From positions 192,001-256,000 of the forward strand of contig JASGHJ010000001.1 of assembly GCA_047602405.1 (NCBI GenBank): a stretch of DNA of 64,000 nt. The letters run 5' to 3'. The translations under genes and the position numbers were made by a program. The notes below the pieces were generated by a model, which was not told where the DNA came from, did not search any database, and saw only the letters and a list, made by a program, of their open reading frames with translations. This document shows positions 51,554-61,791 of the stretch, one piece after another; the first letter of the stretch is position 1; each line of letters starts with the position of its first letter. Source of the DNA: Anaeromyxobacteraceae bacterium (GTDB lineage: Bacteria > Myxococcota > Myxococcia > Myxococcales > Anaeromyxobacteraceae).

Positions 51554-52186
51554 ATGCGCGCGCTCCCGCCCCTCGCCGCCCTCGCGCTCGCTGCCGCCGT
51601 CGTCGCGTGCGGGAGCGACACGCAGCCGGAGGGGCCCGGCTTCGGGCCGAAGCCCGACACCACCCCGCCCGCGCTCGTCACCGCGGCGCCGTCCGCGGGC
51701 CAGGCGGTGAAGCAGGCGTTCCAGGCCACGGCGACGTTCAGCGAGCCCGTCACCGTGAAGGCGGCCACGTTCCGCTCCGACCTCGAGCCCACGCCGCGGG
51801 CGGTGGCCGCGGCCGCCGCCGGCGCGACCGTGACGGTGGAGGTGCCGCTCGTGGACGCCTTCGGTTCGCGGGTGCACCTCGACGTCGAGGACGCCGCCGG
51901 GAACCCGGCGTCGGCCGACCTCGGCGACTGGTACGCGCAGCCGCTCTACGTGGAGTGGGGCCTGCCCGAGCTCGGCGGGCCGTTCTCCGGCACCATCCTC
52001 CTCCAGATCGCCTGGGCAGGGCCGCCGTCGCTCGACGTGAAGATCGACGACGTGCCGGTCGGCACGCTCGGGAAGGACCTCCCCATCGACACCACGAAGT
52101 TCACCGACGGGCCGCACACCTTCTGGTTCTACGCACCCGGCTACCAGCGGACCCCGCAGCCGTTCACCATCGACAACGCGCCGTAG
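51554..52186 (+). CDS. Putative lipoprotein with Ig-like domains
   Basis: Lipobox VVAC; DTTPP, TFSEPV, IDTTKFTDGPHT. Confidence 0.65.
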   Translation: MRALPPLAALALAAAVVACGSDTQPEGPGFGPKPDTTPPALVTAAPSAGQAVKQAFQATATFSEPVTVKAATFRSDLEPTPRAVAAAAAGATVTVEVPLVDAFGSRVHLDVEDAAGNPASADLGDWYAQPLYVEWGLPELGGPFSGTILLQIAWAGPPSLDVKIDDVPVGTLGKDLPIDTTKFTDGPHTFWFYAPGYQRTPQPFTIDNAP

Positions 52187-52204
52187 CCGCCCCCGGAGCA
52201 CGCC

Positions 52205-52561
52205 ATGCCCATCGCCCTCGCCGCGACGATCCTCGTCCTCGCCGCCGGCGCGCCGAAGCCCGCGGCGAAGGCGGCCGCGAAGCCCGCCCCGGAGGCCCGC
52301 AGGGTGATGTGCGTCGACGGGACGACCGCGCGCGAGGGCAAGGCCGCCTGCAAGGAGCACGGCGGCGTCGAGCGGACCGGACTCGCGCCGCGGAAGGCGA
52401 AGCCGGCGCCCGCGGCCGCCGTGCCCGGGCGGACGCAGGCGTTGAAGCCCGCGCCGGCCCTGCCGCTCACCACCCCGGGCCCGGGCGCCCCGGCCGCGCA
52501 GCCGACGCCGCCGTCCAAGGCCGCCGCGACGGGCGCGGCGGCGGCGAAGCGAAGGCGATGA
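52205..52561 (+). CDS. Small secreted protein, DUF3761-like
   Basis: CVDGT...ACKEHGGV motif; Pro/Ala-rich tail. Confidence 0.55.
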   Translation: MPIALAATILVLAAGAPKPAAKAAAKPAPEARRVMCVDGTTAREGKAACKEHGGVERTGLAPRKAKPAPAAAVPGRTQALKPAPALPLTTPGPGAPAAQPTPPSKAAATGAAAAKRRR

Positions 52562-52623
52562 GCTTCGCTCGGCGGGGCAGCGGGCGCCGACGTAGCGCGA
52601 GCCACGCCCCCGCGAAGCGCAGC

Positions 52624-52694
52624 GGAGCGGATCCGGGGGTGGGGCCCCGATCCAGCTTCGCTGGTCGGGGCGGGGGGCTACGCCCCCCGTGAAA
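52624..52694. repeat. ~70-bp double-hairpin repeat (family B), copy 2
   Basis: Same layout as 42568-42636; lies between convergent genes. Confidence 0.7.
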
Positions 52695-52716
52695 TGCAGC
52701 CGAGCCCCCCGGAAAC

Positions 52717-53727
52717 TCAGTGCCCGATCTTCTCGAGCGCCTGCGACATCGGGAAGGTCGTCGAGTCCCGCGTGCCGAGGAACACGCGCCGGAGGCCGAG
52801 CGTCGGGAAGTCCACCACGTCGACCGTGCCCTTCGCCCAGGCGTCGCCGCCCGAGACGTAGGTGAGCTCCTCGTCGAGCGCGCGGGTGTCGTGCGCGACG
52901 CCCGCTGGGAAGCCGAGGAAGTCGCCCGGGCCGATCTCGACCTCGATGCCCGCGTGGCGCGCGAGCCCGCGGCCGGAGAGCACGTACATCCACTCCTCGT
53001 CGCGCGCGTGCGCGTGCATGACGTACGCGTCGCGCCTCGCCGGCAGGCGCGTGTGGACCACCGCGAGCCGCTTCAGGCCGGCGGGGCGCGAGAGCGCCGA
53101 GAGGAACACCTCCGAGCGCGGGTTCTGCGGGTGCTGGAACCGGCGCGCCTCGCCGCGCTCGGCCGCCTTCACGACGACCCGCGGGGGCGGCCCGGGCTGC
53201 TCCGCCTCGCCGCCGAACAGCGCGTCCGGCAGCTCGAGTGGCGTCGGTGCCCCGGGGAAGAACGGGACCTCCGCCTCGAACGGGAAGATGGAGATCTTCC
53301 GTCCGGTGCGGACCATGCGGCGCTTCAGGCGCGGGAAGTCGGCGACCTCCACGTCCTTGATCATCTCGCCGCCCTGCAGGAACCGCAGGTCGGCCGCGCC
53401 GGTGTTCCGGACGAGGTGCGCGACGCCGGGCGGGAAGCCGAGGAAGTCGCCCGGGCCCACCGCGACCTCGCGGTCGTCGGCGTCCACCGTGCCCTCGCCC
53501 TCGAGGACGTACAGCCACTCCTCCTCGCGGTGATGCAGGTGGTACGCGTACGACTCCTTGCCGGGCGGGATCCACGCGAGGCTCACGCCGAGCCGGGTGA
53601 GCCCGGCCGCCGTCCCGAGCATCCAGCCGTGGAGCTCGGAGCGCGGGTTCCAGGGGTGCTGCGCGCCGCCGGCCTCGCCGCGCTCGGTCGCGCGCACGAG
53701 GATGCGGGGGCCCGTGCCGTCGGCCAT
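52717..53727 (-). CDS. Tandem cupin-domain protein
   Basis: Two HxH..EEW.YVL.G and GDFLGFP.GVAH repeats. Confidence 0.85.
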   Translation of the reverse strand: MADGTGPRILVRATERGEAGGAQHPWNPRSELHGWMLGTAAGLTRLGVSLAWIPPGKESYAYHLHHREEEWLYVLEGEGTVDADDREVAVGPGDFLGFPPGVAHLVRNTGAADLRFLQGGEMIKDVEVADFPRLKRRMVRTGRKISIFPFEAEVPFFPGAPTPLELPDALFGGEAEQPGPPPRVVVKAAERGEARRFQHPQNPRSEVFLSALSRPAGLKRLAVVHTRLPARRDAYVMHAHARDEEWMYVLSGRGLARHAGIEVEIGPGDFLGFPAGVAHDTRALDEELTYVSGGDAWAKGTVDVVDFPTLGLRRVFLGTRDSTTFPMSQALEKIGH

Positions 53728-53742
53728 GTCCTCTCCCCTCCG

Positions 53743-55032
53743 CTACAGCATCGCCCGCCGGAGGTCCGCGATCACGCCGGCGAGGTGGGTGACGAACCGC
53801 GCCGCCTGCGCGCCGTCGATGACCCGGTGATCGTACGAGAGCGAGAGCGGCAGCATGAGCCGCGGCTGGAAGGCCTTCCCGTCCCACACCGGCCGGGTGA
53901 CGGTGCGCGAGACGCCCAGGATGGCGACCTCGGGCGCGTTGATGATGGGCGTGAAGAAGTGGCCGCCGATCCCGCCCAGGCTCGAGATGGAGAAGGTGCC
54001 GCCCTGCATGTCGCCGGAGGCGAGCTTGCCGTCGCGCGCCTTCCTCGCGAGCTCGGCGGTCTCGGCGGCGAGCTCGAGGACGCCCTTCCGGTCCGCGTCC
54101 TTCACGACCGGGACCATGAGGCCGTTCGGCGTGTCGGCGGCGAAGCCGATGTGGAAGTACTTCTTGAGGACGAGCTCGTCGCCCTGCAGCGAGCTGTTCA
54201 TCTCCGGGAACTTCCGGAGCGAGGCCACGACCGCCTTCACGAGGAACGCGAGCAGCGTGACCTTCGGGCCGCCCGCCTTCTCCTGCTCCTTCGCGAGCGC
54301 CTGGCGCAGCGCCTCGAGGTCGGTGACGTCGGCCTCCTCGTGCTGCGTGACGTGCGGGATCATCACCCAGTTGCGGGCGAGGTTCGCCGCGGAGAGCTTG
54401 CGGATCCGGGCGAGCGGCTTCGCCTCCACCGGGCCGTACTTCGCGAAGTCGACCCTCGGCCAGGGGAGGAGGTCGAGCCCGGCGCCGCCGGCGGGGCGGT
54501 TCACGAGCTCCTTCACGAACCGCTGCACGTCCTCGTGGAGGATGCGGCCCTTCGAGCCGGTGCCGTCCACCTTCGCCACGTCCACGCCGAGCTCGCGGGC
54601 GAACTTCCGGACCGCGGGGGAGGCGTGACTGACGGTGGGGTGATCGGAGTCGGGAGCAGGAGCGGTGACGGGAGCAGGAGCGGGTGCAGGTGCTGCTGCC
54701 GGAGCAGGGGCAGAAGCGGCAGGGGCGGGAGCGGCCGGAGCTGCAGCGGCAGAAGCGGGAGTGGGCTTCTCCTCCACCTTGCCGGGGGCGGCCTCGGCTG
54801 CGTCGAGCGTCAGCACGATCGAGCCCTGCTTCACGCGATCGCCGACCTTGATCTTCACGTCCTTGATCGTGCCGGCGACCGGGCTCGGCACGTCCATCGT
54901 CGCCTTGTCGCTCTCCAGCGTGGCGAGCGCCTGCTCGGCCTTCACGGCCTCACCGGGCTTCACGTGGATCTCGATGACCGGGACGTCCTCGTAGTCGCCG
55001 ATGTCCGGGACCTTGACCTCGATGGCGCTCAT
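53743..55032 (-). CDS. aceF: Pyruvate dehydrogenase E2, dihydrolipoyllysine acetyltransferase
   Basis: Single lipoyl domain ESDKA, HASPAVRK, DHRVIDG. Confidence 0.95.
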   Translation of the reverse strand: MSAIEVKVPDIGDYEDVPVIEIHVKPGEAVKAEQALATLESDKATMDVPSPVAGTIKDVKIKVGDRVKQGSIVLTLDAAEAAPGKVEEKPTPASAAAAPAAPAPAASAPAPAAAPAPAPAPVTAPAPDSDHPTVSHASPAVRKFARELGVDVAKVDGTGSKGRILHEDVQRFVKELVNRPAGGAGLDLLPWPRVDFAKYGPVEAKPLARIRKLSAANLARNWVMIPHVTQHEEADVTDLEALRQALAKEQEKAGGPKVTLLAFLVKAVVASLRKFPEMNSSLQGDELVLKKYFHIGFAADTPNGLMVPVVKDADRKGVLELAAETAELARKARDGKLASGDMQGGTFSISSLGGIGGHFFTPIINAPEVAILGVSRTVTRPVWDGKAFQPRLMLPLSLSYDHRVIDGAQAARFVTHLAGVIADLRRAML

Positions 55033-55036
55033 GTCG

Positions 55037-57700
55037 TCACACCGTCCAGGGGGCCGGCTTCTTCGGGTCGATGCCGTACTTCTTGATCGCCTCGGCCACC
55101 TTGCCGGCGGGCACGGCGCCCTCCTCGGCGAGCGACCGCAGCGCCGCGATCGTCACGTGGTGACGGTCGACCTCGAAGAACTTGCGCAGCTTCTCGCGGG
55201 TGTCGGACCGGCCGAACCCGTCGGTGCCGAGCACCGTGTAGCGGCGCGGCACGTACGGGCGGATCTGCTCGGCGAAGGCGCGGACGTAGTCGGTCGAGGC
55301 GACGACGGGCCCGCGGGTCTTCCCGAGGCACCGCTCGACGTAGGACGGCGTCTTCTTGCCCTCGGGGTGGAGCAAGGCCTCGCGCGCGCGGGCCTGGCCC
55401 TCGCGGCCGAGCTCGGTGAAGCTCGGGCAGCTCCACACGTCGGCGTCGACGCCCCAGTGCGACTTGAGGAGGTCGGCGGCGGCGATCACCTCGCGCAGGA
55501 TCGTGCCGGAGCCGAGGAGCTGGACGCGCGGCGCCTTGCCGTCGTCCTTCCCCGCGCCCTTGAAGAGGTACATCCCCTTCAGGATCCCCTCGGCGGCGCC
55601 CGCGGGCATCGCCGGGTGGACGTAGTTCTCGTTCATCACCGTCAGGTAGTAGAAGACGTCCTCCTGCTCCGCGACCATGCGGCGCAGGCCGTCCTGCACG
55701 ATGACGGCGAGCTCGTACTGGAACGTCGGATCGTAGGAGACGCAGTTCGGGATGGTGGCGGACACGAGGTGCGAGTGGCCGTCCTCGTGCTGCAGCCCCT
55801 CGCCGTTCAGCGTCGTGCGCCCGGCGGTGCCGCCGCACAGGAAGCCGCGCGCCCGCATGTCGCCGGCCGCCCAGGCGAGGTCGCCGATCCGCTGGAACCC
55901 GAACATCGAGTAGTAGACGTAGAAGGGGATCATCTGGACGTTGTGCGTGGAGTACGCGGTCGCCGCCGCGATCCAGTCGCACATGCCGCCCGCCTCGGTG
56001 ATGCCCTCCTGCAGCACCTGGCCCGCCTTGTCCTCGCGGTAGAACGCGAGCTGCGCGCGGTCCTCCGGCGTGTAGAGCTGGCCGACCGAGCTCCAGATGC
56101 CGAGCGCGCGGTACATGCCCTCCATGCCGAAGGTGCGGCCCTCGTCCGGGACGATGGGCACGATCCGCTGGCCGATGGCCTTGTCGCGCGCGAGCGTCTG
56201 GATCATCTGCACGAGCGCCATCGTGGTGGAGATCTCGCGGTCCTCGGTGGAGTCGAGGAAGCGCTTGAAGGCGTCGGGCCCCGGCACGGGCAGGGACGGC
56301 GTCACCTTGCGGCGGCGCTTCGGCCGGTCGCCGCCGAGCTCCTTGCGGCGGGCCTTCAGGTACTCGGCCTCGCGCGAGCCCTCCTCGAACCGGAGGAACG
56401 GCACCTTCTCGAGGTCGGCGTCGGCCACCGGGATCTGGAACCGGTCGCGGAAGCTCCGGATCGCGTCGGTGTCCATCTTCTTCTGCTGGTGCGTGATGTT
56501 CTGGGCCTCGCCGGCCTCGCCCATGCCGTAGCCCTTGATCGTCTTCGCGAGGATGACGGTGGGCTGGCCCTGGTGCTGCGAGGCCTCGTGGTAGGCCGCG
56601 TACACCTTGAACGGATCGTGGCCGCCGCGGTTGAGGCGCCAGATGTCCTCGTCGGAGAGGTCCGCGACGAGGTCCTTCAGCTCCGGCGTGTTGAAGAAGT
56701 GCTCGCGGACGTAGGCGCCGTTCTTCGACTTGTAGGTCTGGTAGTCGCCGTCGACCGACTCGAGCATCCGCTTCTGCAGGATGCCCTTCTTGTCGCGGGC
56801 GAGCAGCTTGTCCCAGTGCCGGCCCCAGACGACCTTGATGACGTTCCAGCCGGCGCCGCGGAAGACCGCCTCGAGCTCCTGGATGATCTTGCCGTTGCCG
56901 CGGACCGGGCCGTCGAGCCGCTGCAGGTTGCAGTTCACGACGAAGATGAGGTTGTCGAGCTTCTCGCGCCCGGCCATGTGCAGGGCGCCGGTCGACTCGG
57001 GCTCGTCCATCTCGCCGTCGCCGCAGAACGCCCAGACCTTGCGGCCCTTCGTCTCCACGATGCCGCGCGAGTCCAGGTAGCGCATGAAGCGCGCCTGGTA
57101 GATCGACATGATCGGCCCGAGCCCCATCGACACGGTGGGGAACTGCCAGAAGTCGGGCATCAGCCACGGGTGCGGGTACGACGAGAGCCCCTTCCCGTCG
57201 ACCTCCTGGCGGAAGCTCTCGAGCTGGGTGTCGCTGACGAGGCCGAGCAGGTACGCGCGCGCGTAGATGCCGGGGGCGGAGTGGCCCTGGATGTAGACGA
57301 GGTCGCCGCCGCGCTCCTCGGTCCACGCCTTCCAGAAGTGGTTGTAGCCGACGTCGTAGAGCGTCGCGGCCGAGGCGAAGCTCGCGATGTGCCCGCCCAC
57401 GTTGGTGGTGCGGTTCGCGCGCACGACCATCGCCATCGCGTTCCACCGGATGTAGTGGCGGATGGTCTGCTCGAGCGAGAAGTCGCCCGGGAAGCGCGCC
57501 TGGCGATCGACGGGGATGGTGTTGAGGTAGGCGGTGTTCGCGCTGAAGGGCAGCCACGCGCCCGACTTCCGCGCGCGATCGATCAGCTGCTCGATGAGGA
57601 AGTGGGCCCGCTCGGGCCCCTCGCGATCGAGCACGCCCTCGAGGGCTTCGAGCCACTCCGAGGTTTCCTGGGGATCGAGGTCGGCAGGCTTCTGGTCCAT
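55037..57700 (-). CDS. aceE: Pyruvate dehydrogenase E1, homodimeric
   Basis: DPQET.EW, GGHIAS, SSYPHPWLMP, GDGEMDEPES, GEGLQHEDGHS. Confidence 0.96.
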   Translation of the reverse strand: MDQKPADLDPQETSEWLEALEGVLDREGPERAHFLIEQLIDRARKSGAWLPFSANTAYLNTIPVDRQARFPGDFSLEQTIRHYIRWNAMAMVVRANRTTNVGGHIASFASAATLYDVGYNHFWKAWTEERGGDLVYIQGHSAPGIYARAYLLGLVSDTQLESFRQEVDGKGLSSYPHPWLMPDFWQFPTVSMGLGPIMSIYQARFMRYLDSRGIVETKGRKVWAFCGDGEMDEPESTGALHMAGREKLDNLIFVVNCNLQRLDGPVRGNGKIIQELEAVFRGAGWNVIKVVWGRHWDKLLARDKKGILQKRMLESVDGDYQTYKSKNGAYVREHFFNTPELKDLVADLSDEDIWRLNRGGHDPFKVYAAYHEASQHQGQPTVILAKTIKGYGMGEAGEAQNITHQQKKMDTDAIRSFRDRFQIPVADADLEKVPFLRFEEGSREAEYLKARRKELGGDRPKRRRKVTPSLPVPGPDAFKRFLDSTEDREISTTMALVQMIQTLARDKAIGQRIVPIVPDEGRTFGMEGMYRALGIWSSVGQLYTPEDRAQLAFYREDKAGQVLQEGITEAGGMCDWIAAATAYSTHNVQMIPFYVYYSMFGFQRIGDLAWAAGDMRARGFLCGGTAGRTTLNGEGLQHEDGHSHLVSATIPNCVSYDPTFQYELAVIVQDGLRRMVAEQEDVFYYLTVMNENYVHPAMPAGAAEGILKGMYLFKGAGKDDGKAPRVQLLGSGTILREVIAAADLLKSHWGVDADVWSCPSFTELGREGQARAREALLHPEGKKTPSYVERCLGKTRGPVVASTDYVRAFAEQIRPYVPRRYTVLGTDGFGRSDTREKLRKFFEVDRHHVTIAALRSLAEEGAVPAGKVAEAIKKYGIDPKKPAPWTV

Positions 57701-57894
57701 TGGGCTCGTACTCCTAACGGGGCGCGAGGTCAGGGTAAAGGATTCCTGCGGGGGCGCCGGGCCGGGGGATATCGCGTTCACCCGTGGTCTGGGTTGCCCC
57801 ACCCCGGGCAGCACACCCCACACCCGGGGCCCTTGACCCCCTCGTCGGGCGTTTGCGACATAGGGCGCTCACCCCCGCCGTACCAGGCCGCACC

Positions 57895-59139
57895 ATGAAA
57901 AGACCTCTCCGACTCGTCCTCACCGGCGTGGGGGCGCTCGCCCTCGCGATCGCCCTCGCGGCCGGCGCCGCCACCCTGTACGCGATGCGTCAGTTCGAGG
58001 CCCGGCACGCCCTCGTCCTGCCCGCCGCCTTCACGCCCGCCCGGAGCCCCGAGGCGCTCGCCCGCGGCAAGCACCTCTTCGACACCATCTGCGCCCAGTG
58101 TCACGTCGACGCGAAGGGGCTCGCCGCCGGCCAGCACATGGCCGACGTGCCCGAGTTCCTCGGCAAGTTCTACACGGCCAACATCACCCGTCACCCCGTG
58201 GGCGGCATCGGCGCCTGGTCCGACGCGGACCTCGTGCGCGTGCTCCGCACCGGCGTGAAGCGCGACGGCCGGCTCGCGGTGGTCATGCCGCAGTTCACGG
58301 GGCTCTCCGACGACGACCTCGCCGCGATCGTCGGCCACCTCCGCTCCGACGACCCGGCCTTCACGCCGGTCGCCGAGCGCCAGCCGCCGGTCGAGGGCAC
58401 CGTCGTCGGGAAGCTCATCCTCACCTTCGTCGCCGGCGCGGACCCGAAGCCGATGCCGGCGCACCCGGTCGTCGCGCCGCCGGTGGGGCCGACCGCCGAC
58501 TACGGCCGCTACCTCGTGAAGGACGTGCTCCTCTGCGGCGACTGCCACTCCCCGGGCTTCGCGGGCGACAAGTCGGAGGGCAAGGAGGCCTTCACCGGCG
58601 GCTTCGAGTTCGTGGGCGCGCGCGGGGAGAAGGTCTTCTCCGCGAACCTCACGCCGGACGCCGACACCGGCATCGGCCGGATGACCGAGGCCGAGTTCGT
58701 GCGCGCGCTCCGCGAGGGCGTGCGCCCCGACGGCACGACGCTCCGCCCGCCCATGCCCCCCTTCCGCACGCTCGACGAGGTGGAGGCCCGCGCCGTTTAC
58801 GCGTGGCTCCGCACGCTCGCCCCGGCGCACCACCCGGTACCCCGGCCCGCGGCGGACCCCCTGCCGCCGGAGGGCGGCGTGGCCGCGCGGTTCGTCACGC
58901 TCGGCTGCGTCGCGTGCCACGGCGAGGGCGCCGCCTTCCGCGAGAAGCTCCGGCCCGCCGCGGGCCAGCCGCTCGAGGAGGTCGCCGCGCGCATCCTCCA
59001 CCCCGAGCGCTTCAACCCGCGCTCGCCCATGCCGCCGTTCGCCGGCCGCATCGACGAGGCCGAGGCGCGCGCGCTCGCTGCGCACGTGCAGGAGCTCTCG
59101 CGCCGCCTGCCGCCGCCCGCCCAGGTGGCCGACCGCTGA
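57895..59139 (+). CDS. Tri-heme cytochrome c, membrane anchored
   Basis: CAQCH, CGDCH, CVACH; NIT/NLTPD..TGIG repeats. Confidence 0.85.
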   Translation: MKRPLRLVLTGVGALALAIALAAGAATLYAMRQFEARHALVLPAAFTPARSPEALARGKHLFDTICAQCHVDAKGLAAGQHMADVPEFLGKFYTANITRHPVGGIGAWSDADLVRVLRTGVKRDGRLAVVMPQFTGLSDDDLAAIVGHLRSDDPAFTPVAERQPPVEGTVVGKLILTFVAGADPKPMPAHPVVAPPVGPTADYGRYLVKDVLLCGDCHSPGFAGDKSEGKEAFTGGFEFVGARGEKVFSANLTPDADTGIGRMTEAEFVRALREGVRPDGTTLRPPMPPFRTLDEVEARAVYAWLRTLAPAHHPVPRPAADPLPPEGGVAARFVTLGCVACHGEGAAFREKLRPAAGQPLEEVAARILHPERFNPRSPMPPFAGRIDEAEARALAAHVQELSRRLPPPAQVADR

Positions 59140-59167
59140 CTTCACCGCGGGCCCGAGGACCGCTACC

Positions 59168-59863
59168 ATGCGGCCCTTGGGCCCGCGCGACCAGCGCCCC
59201 GCCGGCGAGGATCCGGACGCCGCGCTCGTGGAGCGCGCGCGCGCCGGCGACGCCGCCGCGTTCACGGCGCTCGTGCGCCGGCACGGGCCCGCCGTGCAGC
59301 GGGTGGCCCGGCTGTTCGTGCGCGAGCCCGCCTCCGCCGAGGAGGTGGCCGCCGACGCCTGGCTCGCCGCGCTCGAGGGGCTGGCGCGCTTCGAGGGGCG
59401 GGCCGCGTTCCGCTCCTGGCTCCTCGGCATCACGGCCAACAAGGCGCGGACCCGCGGGGTGCGCGACGCCCGGGCCGTGCCGTTCTCCGCGCTCGCGTCG
59501 GCGGAGGCGCAGTCCCCCGCCGAGGACGTCCTCGCCGGCCGGTTCGACGGCGGCGGGCACTGGCGCACGTTCCCCGCGGAGTGGCACGAGGACTCGCCCG
59601 AGGCGCTGGCGCTCCGGCAGGAGACCCGGGGTGTGCTCGAGCGGGCGATCGGCCGCCTGTCCGAGGCCCAGCGGGCCGTCATCACGCTGCGGGACCTCGA
59701 GGGGCTGCCTTCCGAGGAGGTCTGTAATCTCCTGGGGCTCACGGAGACCAACCAGCGGGTGCTCCTGCACCGGGCCCGGACGCGCGTCCGGGCGGAGCTG
59801 GAGCGCCACCTTTCCGGGGACGCCGGAACCGGCGAGACTGACGCAGGGGAGAACGTGTCGTGA
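59168..59863 (+). CDS. ECF RNA polymerase sigma factor
   Basis: GDAAAF, FEGRAAFRSWL, VLLHRAR. Confidence 0.9.
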   Translation: MRPLGPRDQRPAGEDPDAALVERARAGDAAAFTALVRRHGPAVQRVARLFVREPASAEEVAADAWLAALEGLARFEGRAAFRSWLLGITANKARTRGVRDARAVPFSALASAEAQSPAEDVLAGRFDGGGHWRTFPAEWHEDSPEALALRQETRGVLERAIGRLSEAQRAVITLRDLEGLPSEEVCNLLGLTETNQRVLLHRARTRVRAELERHLSGDAGTGETDAGENVS

Positions 59864-60105
59864 TGCTGGGCTGCCGCGACGTGACCGCGCTCGTGACCGA
59901 CTACGTCGAGGGCCGGCTCTCGCTCGTCGACCGGCTGCGGTTCCGGTTCCACCTCGTCGGCTGCCGCGGCTGCCGCGCCTACGTGCGGCAGATGGCGCTC
60001 ACCTCCCGCTCGCTCGGCGCCTTGCCGCCGCCGGCGCTCGACGCGCACGTGGAGGCGGAGCTCCTGCGCCGGTTCGAGGGGTGGAAGAAGTCGAGCGGGG
60101 GCTGA
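59860..60105 (+). CDS. Zinc-finger (zf-HC2) anti-sigma factor
   Basis: C...HLVGCRGC; overlaps the sigma factor stop. Confidence 0.85.
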   Translation: MMLGCRDVTALVTDYVEGRLSLVDRLRFRFHLVGCRGCRAYVRQMALTSRSLGALPPPALDAHVEAELLRRFEGWKKSSGG

Positions 60106-60124
60106 GATCCGGTAGATCCGGTAC

Positions 60125-60966
60125 GTGCCCGCGGAGTTCGACAGCGACGTCACGCGCCCGCTGGACCGGCCGAGATCGAGCGCCCGCGACGACCGCCGCC
60201 TGCTCTTCATGGGGACGGGCGTCCTCGTGTTCGTGGCGGTCGTCGACGCCGCCCTCGCGGGCCTGGGTCCGCGGACGCCGCTCTGGGCGGCGTGGATCGC
60301 GCTGTTCCTCGCGAGCGCCTGGGCGATGGGCGCTTCTCCGGGGCCGTCACCGCCGCCCTCGCCTACGTCCCCGGCCTCGGCGCGATCGTCTTCCTCACCG
60401 CGCTCGCCGCGGTGAGCGGTGGGGCCACCAGCCCGTTCCTGCAGTTCCTCCTCACGATCCCGCTCCTCAGCGCCATCGCCCGGCCCGGGCGCATCGTGGA
60501 GCCCAGCCTCTTCGGCGTCGCTTCGGTCGTGGCGGGGGCCACCCTGCTCGTCCTCGGCGGCGCCCCGGGGACGGACCTCGTGCTGTGGGTCGCCACGACC
60601 GCCGCCGCGGTGACCTTCGCGGTGGTCTCCGGCCGGCTCGAGGGCCGGCGCCAGGCGCGCTACCTCGAGTCGGAGCGCGAGCGCGCGGACGCGCTCGCCC
60701 GGCTCGCCGAGATCGAGCGGGCGCAGGCCGCCGCCCAGGCCTGGGTCGCGAAGGGCCAGCTCGCCGAGGAGGTCGCGCACGCGCTCAACAGCCCGCTCGG
60801 CGCGGCGCGCTCGTCGCTCGCGTACGCGCGGGCGGAGCTCGAGCAGGGCCGGATCGCCCCGGCGCTCGAGGCGATCTGGGACGCCGCCGAGTGCGTGGAG
60901 CGCATCCAGATCGCGATCGCGTCCTTGCAGGTGCTGCACCCGCCGCAGGCGGACCGCCGGACCTGA
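60125..60966 (+). CDS. Membrane protein ending in a HisKA-like dimerisation domain, no HATPase (frameshift near 60339)
   Basis: Several TMs, then GQLAEEVAHALNSPL H-box. Confidence 0.55.
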
Positions 60967-61003
60967 CTCGAAGGCCTCTGCGCGCCCGCGCTAGACTCCG
61001 GCC

Positions 61004-61204
61004 ATGTGGAACAAGTGCAGCGTCTGCAAGCAGCCGATCGCGTACGGCGCGCCGTACCTGAAGTGCGCGGTCTCCACCTGCAACCGGAAGAGCTTCCAGC
61101 TCTACTTCTGCTCCGACGCCTGCTGGGACGCCCACAACCCCGACCAGAACCATCGCAACCCGGCGTACACCGAGCACGTCGCGCCCAAGGCGCCGGGGGT
61201 GTGA
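61004..61204 (+). CDS. Small Cys-rich (Zn-finger-like) protein
   Basis: CSVC, CAVSTC, FCSDACWDAH. Confidence 0.65.
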   Translation: MWNKCSVCKQPIAYGAPYLKCAVSTCNRKSFQLYFCSDACWDAHNPDQNHRNPAYTEHVAPKAPGV

Positions 61205-61305
61205 CGAAACGGCGCTCCGCACGGGCGCGGTTCTCGAAGCGGCCGGAGCCATCGCGGTGGTAGCCTCCGAGCTGCGCCAGCGGCGCCCGCGAGGGGAAGC
61301 GTCAC

Positions 61306-61770
61306 ATGAGCAAGTGGACGATCGGTGCGGTCCTGGCGGTCACCTCGCTCGCGGCGCCCGCCGCGGCGCGGGCGACGATCTTCTCGGACGAGCTCGGCAA
61401 GTGCATGGTGGAATCGACCACGCAAGCCGACCGCAACGCGATGGTGCGGTGGATGTTCGCCGCCGTCGCGAAGCACCCCGCGGTGAAGGACGTCGTCTCG
61501 GTCTCGCCCGAGCAGCTGGAGGCCGCCTACAAGGGGATGGCGGATCTCATGATGCGCCTGCTGACGAAGGACTGCCGCGAGAAGGCGAGGGCGGCGTTCA
61601 AGGCCGACGGCCCGAGCGCATTCCAGGGGAGCTTCCAGGTCCTCGGGCAGGTGGCGGGGCGCGAGATGTTCGCCGCCCCCGAGGTCGCCCAGAGCATCGC
61701 GGGCCTGACCCGGCATCTCGACGAGGGTCAGCTGAAGGCGCTCGTGCAGGAGACGCCGGCGGCGAAGTAG
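61306..61770 (+). CDS. Secreted hypothetical protein
   Basis: Signal peptide; LGKCMV.ST...VRW, RLLTKDC, F..LGQVA. Confidence 0.7.
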   Translation: MSKWTIGAVLAVTSLAAPAAARATIFSDELGKCMVESTTQADRNAMVRWMFAAVAKHPAVKDVVSVSPEQLEAAYKGMADLMMRLLTKDCREKARAAFKADGPSAFQGSFQVLGQVAGREMFAAPEVAQSIAGLTRHLDEGQLKALVQETPAAK

Positions 61771-61791
61771 CGCGCGCAGCGCACCGCGACC

